Assembly: GCF_009914755.1 (NCBI RefSeq)
Contig: NC_060927.1
Strand: one strand, 5' to 3'
Length of the DNA: 64,000 nucleotides
Origin: the human T2T-CHM13v2.0 reference genome, Homo sapiens
The position numbers were made by a program, and so were the translations under genes. Below, in pieces: positions 38,631 through 52,234 of the stretch (the first letter of the stretch is position 1; the number at the start of each line of letters is the position of its first letter). The notes beneath the pieces were generated by a model, which saw nothing but the letters and a program-made list of their open reading frames with translations, was not told where the DNA came from and ran no database searches.

Positions 38631-39479
38631 AAAAAATTATGAAGGTGAGGTTGTGAGTTAGGCCACGTATTCACTCACACTACTACTTGTTTTAAGTAAG
38701 CAGACAGTGTGAAGCATGTGCTTCATCATGTCTTTTGTAGTACACTGAGAAGACCTAATAACCTGGTTATAATGCTCTTCTACCTAACCATCATTCTCAA
38801 AAGTAATTCTGAGACACTCTTAACTTCAGATCACCATTATATAACAATTATACCATCTTGTTTAATTGTGAATGGTTGCTGCAGAATCACAGAATACAGC
38901 ATTTGGGAGTAGACTTGGAACATAAGGGGATTTTCCTCCAGAATTAAACTATGCGAGAGCTGTGTGGCAGGTTTTAAGTCCTGCTCTTGAGTCAAAGTAG
39001 ATATGGAATCTGGATTTTATCTGCAGATTAAATATTTCCTTTCCTACTCATGGCTGGAGCTTTGTTCAGAAATTTGATGATTTAAGACTTCAGATAAGCC
39101 AAAGTGAACTGATTTTCAAAACCAAGCTGTGCATCAGTTCTAGTTGGTAGCTGTGGGATTGAAAATGAAAATACAGAACTGAATATTTTAATTACAGATG
39201 ATAATGCCCAAGGAACAAAATATATTTCATCATTACAACTACAACATACAGAACTTTATCCTTAATTTTTGTCTTTCCCTCATTGGAGATCAATAACAGT
39301 TTTCTGACCAGCAACAACCTGTGGGCCAAAATTAGAACAGCACTGAAATGGAGGAAATTATTCAGTGGAAATTATAGAACTGAAAGCTAAAAGGTAACTA
39401 GCTGCCTCTGTCACATTCCACAGTTTCATATCTGCAGAAAGTAGAGATAATTAATATTCTGAACTTGAACATGTACTTG

Positions 39480-39735
39480 CACTTTATTACTTATTTGGTT
39501 ACAGATCTTTTTGTGTATATACTATTAGGCAGAACATTAGAGAGGAGAGGTTGGTGCCTCCAGACCAAAATATTTATAACAACTTTTGGTAGTAGCTATT
39601 ATCATACTTATTTCATGAACGAGAAAATATAAGGTTCATAGAGAATAAATTACTTAGCTAAGATTATGCAGATTAAATGGCAACACTGAAATTTCCTTCA
39701 TGAATGTCTCTGATACTAGTTCTCGTGCTTTACCA
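39480..39735 (-). mobile_element. MIR remnant
   Basis: ATTTCATGAACGAGAAAATATAAGGTTCATAGAGAATAAATTACTTAGCTAAGATTA. Confidence 0.55.
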
Positions 39736-39768
39736 ACAATTAAATGATTTAGCTCAAGATTAACTACA

Positions 39769-40228
39769 TGAATTAGTTTCCTGCTGATGTTGTAACAAGT
39801 GACCACAAACTGAGCGGTGTAAAATAACAGCAGTGTATTATCTTATAGTTCTAGAGGTCAGAAGGCCAAAACCAGTTTCAGTGAGATAAATTCAAGATGT
39901 CAGCAGGGCTTCTTCCATTCTAGAGGCTCTAGGGAAGAATCCATTCCCCTTTCTAGCTTCTGGAGACTCCTTGCATTTCTTGATTGGCAGCCCCATTCTC
40001 CATCTTCAAAGCCAGCAGTGTAACATCTTTCAATCTCTCTCTCTCTCACTGTTACCCTCTTGCCTCCATCTTACAGAGACAGTTGTGATTGCATTGGGTT
40101 TACCCATCTGAAAGTCTCTAACTTAATCACTTTCTCAAAGTCCTTTTTGCCATGTAAGGTAACACATTCACAGCTTTCAGAGATTAGGATGTGGATATCC
40201 TTGGGAGACTATTATACAGCCTACGATA
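39769..40228 (-). mobile_element. MLT1D-type solo LTR
   Basis: Typical MLT1D sequence; perfect TSD CTACA at 39764-39768 and 40229-40233. Confidence 0.9.
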
Positions 40229-41134
40229 CTACAATATTTCCGTTGAAATGTTTATTTCAATAACATATTCTAAATTATTCTATTGTATCTTTTGGGGAAA
40301 CAGAACATATTTACTTTTTATTTGGGAGTATTAAAACTCTACACAATATTACAAAAAATGAATAGCCCATATTTTTAATAAAAATAGTTAGACTTGGCAC
40401 ATATTTTCTATATCCATACAACAGAAAGAGAGGTGATGTATCTCAAAAGGGACAAAGGAGACAGAACAGAGCCTTATTAGAATAACATACAAGAATTATG
40501 ATTGATCCAACTTAACAATGTAAATTTTGATTGTCCTGGAAAAGGTTAAACCTGAGGCTCAGCAAGATTGAGTAACTTATGTGTATTCTCTCTTCTACCT
40601 ACATGGGATGAACATTTATTCCAGCCACATCCATGAAAAATAAATGGGATGTTTGACTTGACAAAGCAGTGTACCATCTGAGGAGGAGAAAAGATGGGAT
40701 TTCAAATGACAATATAATGGTGTGGGCCCAGTCATTTACTAAGAAATTTAAAAGAAGGGATGTGGCTGTTCTGAGAATCTCTGAGAAATGGATGCAATGG
40801 ATGCCCTGACGTGAATAATGGCACCATACATTTTGGTGGACTATGCGCTTTTATTTGTAGTTCTGCATGGGATTTTCTTGCCTTCCAACTTTATGGCTCT
40901 AACAAGTGGGTTACTACATCATAATCTGGAGCCATAATACCAATTTTCTCTATTATTTTAATTAAAAGGTAACATGAAATATCTACAGGACTGTTGTCAT
41001 TTGAATTTCAGTGGCATTCTTTGCAATGAAGAATGAATCCCCAATATTCTCTGTTACATTGGAAAACCTTAACACTATCTTGAGACAAGACAAGATAAAG
41101 AAGCTGATGTGAAAGCCTTTAGAAAAGGACTGTC

Positions 41135-41328
41135 AAACTGAACTTTCTAGGAGGCTAGAGATATTCATTAATCTGTATTTCCCATTGCAGTAGTCACTAG
41201 CCATAGGTAGTTATTGAGTGTTTGAAATGTGGGTAGTGTGACAGAGGAACTGAATTTTTATAATATACTTAATTTTAATTAAATGTAAATAGTCAACATT
41301 TGGCTAGTGCCTATTATATTGGACAGAA
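41135..41328. mobile_element. MER3 (hAT-Charlie)
   Basis: GTAGTCACTAGCCATAGGTAGTTATTGAG...GAGGAACTGAATTTT...GGCTAGTGCCTATTATATTGGACAG. Confidence 0.8.
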
Positions 41329-41577
41329 AAAATTTAAAAGACACTTTACACAGGATCAAGTCTTTGAGAAGAATGTCTCTGCACAGATGTAAATCAATGT
41401 CAAACAAGATCATAGCAACTGGAGCATCAGGCAAGCTGGGAACCTAATACCACCCAAAGATAATCTCAGAGTCACTGGGGCAGCTGAGAGCTAAGGTAAC
41501 AACACATCTGTACTTCATTATCTGTCTGGGAGACCCACCTCAACACACTTGGAAGCAATAAAATCACTTGTAAAGGT

Positions 41578-41808
41578 AGGGCTGTTGCAAGACTTGCATG
41601 GATCTTAGGCACTTTGGCTTTGTGGACCCCTTTCTCTATACAAAGTATTAAAAATTATATTTTTATGTGTGTATAAAGATGAATATAATTTTGAACATGA
41701 AATGTTTCTACATTTCTTCTGATTTTAAAACAAAACATTTTCGTGGACCCCACGATGTTTTGTGGGCTACAGGGACTGCACATGCTCTGCATGGGTAAGT
41801 TGGCCTTA
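41578..41808 (-). mobile_element. hAT-Tip100 element (ORSL-like)
   Basis: TTCTTCTGATTTTAAAA...TTTTCGTGGACCCC...GGTAAGTTGGCCTTA; name from recall. Confidence 0.5.
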
Positions 41809-42261
41809 CATAAAGGATAATTTAGTAACCATGATCCAAGCTAATTGGTTAGTATGTAAATCAAAAGACTTTGATAGATCTAAATTAAAATAAAGGTTTG
41901 ATTATAATTTACTGGATCATTAATACATTATTTAAATGAAATTCTTACATTTCAGATGTTTCTTTCAATTTTTGATTGCTATATAAATAAAGACTTATGA
42001 AAAAGTTCTATTTTAAACATAGAATTTGAGAAAGAAAATTTCAAGCTTACTTTGCATATTATAAGGATAAGTGAGAATTGTCACTTCTGTCTAGAAGAAT
42101 GGGGTATTTTGATTAGTTGATCAAAGCATGTTGGCCTTGGAGATATAGTCACTAAAAGGCTGAGATTGTTTGTGCCTTTCAGTATGGACTTGGAATCATA
42201 TAAGAACCTGGGTTTGGGCATTTGCCATATCTGGTGTCAAATCTCCATCCTTGCTTAGTAG

Positions 42262-42800
42262 ACAATATGCCCAGTGGCTGAACATGCATCCTTTAAAATG
42301 TCATTACCTGGTCCAGAATCTGGAATTTCTTTTGCTTCCTAGCTGTGTGAACTGGAGGCCAGTTGCTCAGTCTCTCTGAGACTCAGTTCCTTTACATGTA
42401 AAATAGGAACAATGGTTGTGAAGATTGTTCTGAAGATTAATGAGAGGATTCATGTAAGTTATTTGTGACATAGTGGGTACTCCATAAATATTAGTAATTA
42501 TTAGAAATTGACTAAGATTTACATTGAGTAAGATTATTACATTGAATAAGATTTTTTTTTTAATCCTGAGCTTCAGTTTTCGCATCTCTAAATAAGAATC
42601 TATTCAATCAACAGATACTTATCTGGCTCCTGGAGCTATACAGCAAAAGACCTGTGGCTATAGCAGAGCGTAGAATTCAGGGAGTTAATAACACCTACCT
42701 GCAGAATGTATGTGAAAATTTAATGAGACAATGTATAGTTGAAGTACTTGCTTGTTACACTTCCTGGCATACTTTATTCACTAAATAAATGTTAATTTCT
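42262..42800 (+). mobile_element. Two MIR copies
   Basis: CTAGCTGTGTGA...CTCAGTTCCTTTACATGTAAAATAGG; CTGAGCTTCAGTTTTCGCATCTCTAAA. Confidence 0.75.
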
Positions 42801-42862
42801 TTCCTTTCTCCTTTTTAGTTGGTGGAAAAATCTTACCTCTTTCTTATAAAGTTTAAATATAC

Positions 42863-43092
<230 letters not shown>

Positions 43093-45469
43093 TCAATAAT
43101 ATAATAGCTTGGCTAATGGGAAAATCATTTGTTTTCTTATCACTTTAATATAAATGGTATGTGTTGATGGTATGTGATTTATTACAGCAATCACATACAT
43201 AATGCCAAATTATTTTGAATTAGATTGGTGTTACAAAAAATAAAAATAAATGACAGAAATTCTTATCAAGTATCATAACTATATGTGTGATTATTCCTCG
43301 ATATTGGGTTTCATTAAGAACCTTTAATGCCCAAGAATAGCTTTTGGCATTTCAGTTATTACAAACCATACAGCTGCTCAATAGCAAATGAAAGACAATC
43401 ACAGATTGAAAGAGTCTCATCTAGGAGACATTTAAATGAAGAGTCATATTAATAATAAAAAGGGAATGTGCTTTGACTCATTGCTCCTCAACTTCTGCTA
43501 CCTCTCTTCCACTCTCTGTCCTTTGAGAAAGGCTGAGGGTTGATCCAAGTAGGAATTACCTAATTATGGGGACAAAATTCCTTGTGGCTCAGAATTGCAA
43601 CAGGGACTGAGCTCATAAAAGACAAATGCTAGGGCCAGAATGTGAGAAAAACATAACTCCAACCAGAGAGATTAGATCCAAATACAGGGGAGCCAGGGTA
43701 CCCTTAGACAGGTACGTAATGATATGGAAGTACCCAATGTTTATGAGCAATCTGTTCTGATAGGTTGGGGCTCATGCTATATCAGTTGCTAAAAATCTCG
43801 AATAGTTACTTAAAATTTATATATTCCTAGGAAACAAATCATGCATTGTGCCAAATATCAAATGGATTTTGGAGGAGGGAAGCAGGACTGAGGTGACAAT
43901 AGTGTTTAGAACTAACACGTTAAAAATCAGAGAAACCGGAATTGGTAAAATTGAGCTTAGAAGCAAATCAATGAAGGGAATAGACCTTACATTATGGCTT
44001 TGAATACCATGTATCATTTGAAATTGGTACTTTGTGGTCACCTTTGGAAAGGGAATGATTAGGTAGGTTGACCTAACCTAAAGTATACATGGCAAAATAT
44101 TGTTAACATAAGTACTTCTAATTTATACTTAATTGTAAATGTTTCTATGTTTCTGGAATCTGGGGAATTATTTCTTAGATTGTTTCCACCATTAAAAAAA
44201 TTTCAAACTAATTCTGTACATTTTATATGAAAACAGTACTGTGATTTGTATTGAGGCTTTAGGAAAGGTTGTATTACCATACAGAGGTTTCTTTTATTTC
44301 CAACCATGATTGAATTTAATTTATTAAATTGTATAAGCTTTCTGATCTTTTAGTAAATTCCTAAAATGTGCTTAGCTCATGTCAGCATTTTTCCTTGAGA
44401 ACTTATGCATTTCTAATATCCTGGCACCTCCCAGGAAAGATGAATAGCTCTGTGTGGGATGAGATAATGATAGTAGGTTCAAACTTCAATCACCTTGAAA
44501 GGTTCTGGACATCTATTTGCAAACTAATGCTAGTATTTTAAAACACTTAATAATAACAACAACAACAACTGGAAGTATCTTGATGAATTCTAGTTATGCA
44601 GTATGCATTGCCGAATGACTCTAACTTCTGGGAGATTCGGGCATTTTTAAGAAATAGAAAAAAAAAGATAAAAGATAAAAACCAAAGTACTAGCCTTTAC
44701 TACGAGTAATTTGTAAAACATGTGAAACTTGCTGCCTCTAAGTGCGATCCATAAACCTAATACTTATAAAAATAAATATAGTAATATGCTTTAAACTGAC
44801 ATATCCCTTTTATAAACCTGAATCACTAATGGTTAAAAGAAGTTCCAAATGCATTTCAAAAATAGTGAAAATAGGCTGTAGTAACCACTCTTAGATTTAT
44901 AGGACAGCTTGTCTAAATCATTTCAAGTTGGTGTGTTTCCAACTATGTTCTTTTATTATCACTTTAGTCTCATTTACGTTTTAGAGACCTACTACTGATG
45001 ATCCTTGGTAATTATGTACAATTGATGAGAAAGATATGCAAGCAGTCAGTCATTCAGGTCAGAGATATAAAAACCTCACTTCCAAAACATCACTGTGGGC
45101 TTCCTCTTTATTTCACCTTTGTGTTTCTTCTGCCTTTCATTTCTTACAGCAGTTAATACCACTGTTGAAACTAGCATTTTAAATATAGATGACCCTGGAA
45201 TTATGAGAGCACTAGCATACAACCTCTCATTCCGCACACCCCCAGTGCAGTTTATGAATGCCAATGGCACTGCATCCGAGCTGCCTGCCGGCCCCTATTT
45301 CTTGTGGATGCCTCAGCAGATCCAGTGCAGGTACTGAGGGGCGGACTGCCAGCAGTAGTGAGTCAGCTGGCTGGGTGTGCGATTGCACTTAGTGCAGGTA
45401 TGGTTTTTGATACTGCTCTTCACTTCTGTACTTTCTTCAGTTTTTAAAATAAAATTCCTCTACTTCATG

Positions 45470-46065
45470 TCTTAGAAAAGGAGATATGATGCACTGAATG
45501 GCAAATCACACAAAAGTGAAGAAAAAGCTCACTTCAGATACAAAGGCTGGAATAAAGCTGAATGAACTAAATTCCAAGTTAAAATTGTCTCCTTTGGGTC
45601 TGAGTATAATTTGTTAGAACAAGGGAAAATGTTTGAAGAAAAAAATGTTAAATCAATTCAATCAATGGTGGCATGAAAAAGCATTGGCTGAATGATGAGG
45701 TGGGAACACGTGCAACTCTGTGAATGCCTGCTCAGAGAATACATATGCTGATAAAATTTAAAGTCTAAACCAAACAATGAATTTTAGGAAAGGTGCTTGA
45801 CACAAAGGAATGAATGGCTTGATTACTTGCAAAAAAGAAATTGTTGGCCTAGCACCAACATTTAAGGGAAAGCTTGAAACATGGCTATAGAAGTAGCCAA
45901 GTCATTTTCAGAAAATTTTGTCTGGATAATTAAAAGGGAAGGCAGGTATTTGCAATTTATATTTAAAACTGATGAAACAAGACTTTTAAGAAAGCCAGCA
46001 CACTAGCAATACTGCATTCCTAAGGAAAGAAGGGCCTACTTCTGGTTACAGAGCAGATATGTAGA
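45470..46065 (+). mobile_element. Ancient Tigger/pogo transposase fossil
   Basis: In-frame translation WLDYLQKR...GKA*NMAIEVAKSFSENFVWIIKREG...IFKTDETRL aligns with the Tigger pattern GWF..FK.R...GEAASADVEAA..YPE.L..II.EGGY...QIFNVDET. Confidence 0.75.
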
Positions 46066-46134
46066 TTTTTTTTTTTTTTTACAGGAGTTAGCAATGAATG
46101 CTTTATTGAAAGCAAGAGCATTGGATTATGAAAA

Positions 46135-46238
46135 GAGTCTCAAGAGAGATGTCATTTTTGCTCTCTAATGTATCCTAAGTGCCTATACCAGTGCTCAACA
46201 TGAAGTAGGTGCTCAATAAATACTCACTGAATAAATAT
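46135..46238 (+). mobile_element. L2 3' tail
   Basis: TGTATCCTAAGTGCCTATACCAGTGCTC...GTAGGTGCTCAATAAATACTCACTGAATAAAT. Confidence 0.75.
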
Positions 46239-47869
46239 TTTAAGAAGTCTCAGCTCGTCTGGTCTATACTAAAAAACAAACAAACAAACATAATGTAGCT
46301 TTTGTAGCATGTCAGGTGGCTATTTTGCATGTCTGTAAACTATGTATTTGTTTTTACTTTTGTGCATTAATTTTATAATCATTTTTTGGTATCTCTTGGT
46401 TTGTATAAAATGTCTTTTCAGAAATTAAACCTGAGTTCATAATACAGCATCTACAGGAACAAAAATGGAATCAACTTGTGAAAGCTGGACCCATACCTTT
46501 CCTTCGGGAATCAATTAAATTTGTCAATAGTTATTTACCTTTTCTCTTTATTCTCCTTCTTTTTTCCCAGGGACTTCCTAATAACCATCTTTGTATTTTA
46601 CTATTTAAAACAATTTTCCATTCCAGTTTTCTTTATATCATTCAATTTGTTAGCTGAGACTTACTAAACATTCCCTCCCTAACAAAAACACACAGAATGC
46701 CCTAATGATATTTAGAATGCAGTAATAGTCCTGAATATGAACTAGCATATCCTGATATACAGAGTGAAATTACATATAACAAAAAACAATGTCACTCTCT
46801 CCTAATACCTTTGAAAGTCAAAGATGATACCTTCGACTCTCCAGAGATGTTTCAGTTTTACCTTTTCCTCCTCTTCTCCTCAAACCTCTCTGCTAGTACT
46901 GACATTGAAAATACATTTTTAAAGCTACTACTAAAACCTTGCATTTTTGGTTTCATTTAGTTTTATTATTACAACTGCATATGAATCTATTTTAAAACTG
47001 GAAAGCTGCAGTAATTCAGCTACCTGGTTAAATGTATTTTGTGCAATAGCCAAGAAACCTAACCATTTGTAGCATTTTCTAAGGGATAAATGAGTTTTGG
47101 ATCATAGCCTATTTATAAATAGTGGTGCTGCCAGTCCACTAATAAGAATGGGGTTTGTACCAGGAATCACATAGAAAACATTAGGTGGAAAATTATAAAC
47201 CAGATGACTTTTACTGTGCTGAATTTCATGGATAGAGAGGTCTTTATTGCTCCCTAGCCCTGTCACTGTTATTCTCAGTTAATTTTAATTTTAAAACATT
47301 TTGCCCATTTTCTTGATTCCTGAAACTATGGTGTGAAAGTGATATAATTATTTTGAAATGATTACATTTTCTTTAAAATATCAAGATGTTGACACACACA
47401 ACAGGCTTCTTTCTTTTTCATCTCACTGAAACATGGCAGTCCTAACCTCTCTTGTTTTTCCTTCAATCACTTTCTTGAACAAAAGCAGAAAGGATTAAAG
47501 ATCCCACTTTTTGCGTGTTCCATGTGTTTATGTGCTTAATGGTAGTCAACCATATAAATGATAACAGAAACTTCCTTTTGAGAGGTCTTTCATCTCTGAA
47601 AGCATCTTACTGTACCCATCATGGTTAATTTTCTTATTCGCATTAAGGCATAAACCTAGTGGAACAGCAGCGTCAGAGGACATTTGCACTTAATGACTAT
47701 GCCGGGAATTCATAGTTCTGGGCTAAATAGTGCCTTCTCCACTTTGATGACTCAGGGTGGTTTGATTTTTAAAGCACTAATAACACTGATGGACAATGGG
47801 CAGTAGTTTCACTGTTTTGTTTATTTTCCTAAGGTAGTTCAAAGTGGATTTCACTGGTTTAGTAGTGAT

Positions 47870-48120
47870 TCTTGCTAAGACCTGGAAGGTTTACCTGGCT
47901 ATAAGGTCACCAGGAGCCAGAAGGTGATGTGGTTGTCAAAAGCAACTGCGTTTTGGAATAGGTTAATAGAGCAAGCACACAAGTAACTGCACTGGGCTCA
48001 TCAGACTGTTGGATGGTTGGATCAGATGGCAGTCCACAGTAAAATAGGTGTTGGCAAACTGCAACGTCTGCAGAAGATATTTAGGAATCTGGAATGCATG
48101 ACACAACGGGAAGCATTTCT
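47870..48120 (+). mobile_element. L3/CR1 fragment
   Basis: GAGCCAGAAGGTGATGTGGTTGTCAAAAGCAACTGCGTTTTGG..TTAATAG resembles the CR1 segment SQQCDVAAKKANAILG.INR. Confidence 0.6.
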
Positions 48121-48293
48121 TCAGGGAGTTAATTTACTGTCTATAACCCCAAATCCCTGTGAAGTGGGGAGATAAACTGCACTCTTTTAAAAATATGCTT
48201 TGCCTGCTGATTTAGTTGCTCTTTAAAACAATCTGAATGTACCACTTGCACATTATACACTGCTGAGAAGGCTTTATAAGAGTTGACATGCTT

Positions 48294-48658
<365 letters not shown>

Positions 48659-50749
48659 TTACTTCCAAGCAACATTTTGACACTGCCATAGAAATTTTTC
48701 TCAAGGTCTGGAGGAATGGAAAGACCAATGTGGAGGCTTTTTTTGTTTGTTTTTTTTTCAGAAATACTAAACTTTACATGGAAAAGCATATGGAATTCTA
48801 CTATCTGCATAAACTCCATGAATGCCTACAAGTACTGCTCAAACCAGAAGGTGTAGAGTAAGAGTTCCCACATTGAACAAGAGAGAAACTTTCAATATTT
48901 TTCTGTATCATGTTATAATTTATTGTATTTCTTGTGATTGCTATTATTTTTCTGTGATGTATATCAAGTTTCAACATTGCTGCGCTAGGGGAAAGAGTTG
49001 TATAATCTTTAGACAATGAAAACAATTTCTTTCAAGTTTTTAAAAAAGTCCACTTCAAATCTTTTTTACTTCTTATTTTTATGGAGTTAAAATTTCACCT
49101 GACACAGTGATATATGGTGACTTGATATAAAGTACTCATAACATAGTTTCAATTATCCTTAAAAAGTCTATGTTTCTTGAATATTAAGGAGTGTTTTTAC
49201 AGCATTTTATAAGTCAGAATGGCTTGATTGGACAGTGTAATTCTTGATACTATATTTGGTACATTTCTACTAATACATAGGACCTCATTTCTGATAAAAA
49301 AAATTTGAAAAAACAAGCCTAAGAATGTAGACATTACTTTTGGCTATACTTCTAATGAAATGGCATTTTCAGGTTATGGCTTGAATGTTATCTTTTTATA
49401 AGCATATTTTTGTTAGTTGGAAAAATATTCAGGCTATTGATGAATTAGCTTCAGAAAGATGAAGTTGGCAAATATTTTTGATAATTCAAAACACTTAGTG
49501 GAGCATCAAGTTAACATTTTCATGGCTTATAAAGGAAGCACCAGCAAGTGCAAAGTAAAATTATTTTACCTAATAATAATACAGAATGATATTTCTTTTG
49601 ATTAAATATTAATCCTTTTTAATTTGATAGTTTAGAACAAGTGGGCAGGGATTTTTGCATTCCTTAGGAACTCAGGCCTGATGAAATAAATTTTCTTGTG
49701 CTGAAATGTAATCTAATTCTTTAACACCATATATAGTTGTGCTATATTTCCAAAAAGGCTAATGAAGCCAAACAGAATCCTCATTTTCCCACAATTTTCA
49801 GAATGAAATGGGAGAAAATAATATATGCCATAGTTAAAACAGTAAGTATAAAACATGTACCACAATATAAAAATATACCTAACTCAATAGGCTAACATAA
49901 AGGAGAAAAATAGCTTATGAATTATATTAAGCCACACATGTGCTAGTTATAAATATTAATATGTAAATATTGAAAGGAAACTTATCTTTGGGAATCCAAA
50001 CATAATATTTATTTATTGGCATTGGAACACTGAAACAAACTGTAGTAAAGAAATTGGAAAAAACATTTATTCATGTATGTATATACACAGTGACCAATAA
50101 CGGATCACTAAATTGATTTTTTCTTTGCTGTAGTTTTGGGATCACAGTGGGATAATGGGTTCACAATCAGTAACTGGGGTGTGGCCCCGAGTAATTCACC
50201 TAATAGCATTACCTTAGTAAATCCTTGTAGTTCAGGGTCTGATCACTCCAGTGCATCACCAGAAGTTGGTTAGTTACTAAGTGACTCTAGGAGACTAATA
50301 TTACCAAATTCAAAACGGAAATGATCTGTTCACTAAGTAGCCTAGTCATTAAATTAACATGAGAAATACAATTGTCATAGATACCAGGGGAACTAGTTAG
50401 TGTTGCTGTAGAAAGCCACAAAGGAAACCAAATTAAAATCAGAATGTTGCTTGGTGAGCAATGAGTCAAAACAAGATGAACTTGTTGCATGATTGAAATA
50501 GCAGAAGTGCCAACTTATAATAATCTAATACATCTGCTGTCATCACTGGGACTTGGCTGCCATGGGAGCTACGTAGTTGAGCTTGACGTATTACTACTAC
50601 CAACATTTTGCATAGTAGCCAGTTTGTAAACTGGAAGCCACTCTGCTTCCTAGGGTGGTTTTTTCTTTTGGTTTTATTGCATCTCCTATGAACTGATTTT
50701 ATCAGATTAACTCATAAAATTTTGGAGGGTCTTGCTGATACTCAGGAGC

Positions 50750-51135
50750 ACAGAACAGTGAAAAAGACACTGACACTGGGGTCAGACCACTGTGTGTTTG
50801 AATCCTGGTTCTGCAACTTATTATGTCAATTTTTTAATCTCCTCAAGGCCAAATGTTCACATTTATAAAATGGGAATGATAGTATTTATTAGGATTGAAT
50901 ATCATCAGTATCAGCTCAATAAACAGTAAACAGTGTTGTGTAGTGTTCATGAGTATTGGGTTTGGAATCAAACCTGTCGTTGGCCCAATATCTACCACTA
51001 TTTTTCTTCTCTAAGCCTCATTTTATTTATCTGTAAAATGTAAATAAAAATTCTACTTATAGATTACTTTCAGGATTAAGTGAAATAAACATCATTTAAC
51101 AGAGTTTCTGGCAGTTAATGTGGGCTCAATATATG
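50750..51135 (+). mobile_element. Two tandem MIR copies
   Basis: GTTTGAATCCTGGTTCTGCAACTTA...TAAAATGGGAATGATAG; CTAAGCCTCATTTTATTTATCTGTAAAATG. Confidence 0.7.
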
Positions 51136-51137
51136 AT

Positions 51138-51198
51138 ATCTGTCTATCTGTCATCTGTCTATCCATCTATCTATCTATCTACCTATCTATAATCTATC
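51138..51198. repeat. Imperfect (TCTA)n tetranucleotide repeat
   Basis: Directly visible. Confidence 0.85.
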
Positions 51199-52234
51199 AC
51201 TATTTGTATCAGTATTCCTTCCATTGCTTAGAATTAATACTCTATAGAGAATATGTCTGGAACCATGATTAACTAGAAAATAATATTCAAAACTTTTCCT
51301 AATTTAAGGGATCATCTTTGGTTTGAAGACTTTTCACTGTTCTTGTCATTCATTCAGATGGTAGCGAGTTTAGCGTTGATGGAATGATTACACTTGAAAT
51401 TTATGAGTCCTTATGAAGAGATTCAATCACCTTTCTTTGTAGAGCACAGCATCAGAACTGCCTCTGAAAAAGTGGAGCCTCACTGTTTGTAGACTTCAGA
51501 ATTGTCCCTCTCACTTCAGCAGCACTCATTCTGGATGAGAGAATCTTCCATCTTGTTTCCAGGACTATTTTTTTTCTTTGATTTAGAAAATGATGCTCTT
51601 TCACAACAAGATTCTGGCTGTAATTTCCCTAGATCAACCAGAAAACATTTCAAAAGAAAAAAATAGAAATTTTATGAAGGGAAAATGTATTCAGAGAAGA
51701 GTAGGTGACAGTGGCTATTCTTTTCATAAAACATGAGATGAGACACTGATGGAAATTAGGATGAGACAGAACTTATACAAGTGACATTACAAAAGTGATA
51801 TAATTTGAAAATGTGATGAAATAAAAACTACAATGTCTAGTCATACTAGAAGTGAGACTGTTTGCTCTAGGCAACCATGCAAAAATACAAAAATGTTGAA
51901 AGAGTGAAACATTTTCTAAGTTTGTCTGTCATGAGACCATAAGGTATGTCATAGTTATCTAGAAGACACTGCAGGAGAGCAGCAGAAAATAGCTGCCAAG
52001 TGGCCACTGTGAAGTTTCCCTGGACAATAATTATTTCAGGTGATTTAAGTGATATGAAGCTAGATTCTAACCTAGAATTAAACAGATGTGAGTATCTAAG
52101 AATTTTTTCTTGTAGTGATTAAAAACAATTATGCATAAAATTCAAAAGTCATATATATCTATCTGAAAAGTCTTATGTCTTAAAATTCAAAAATCATATA
52201 TATATATATATCTTAACATACATATCTTAATATA

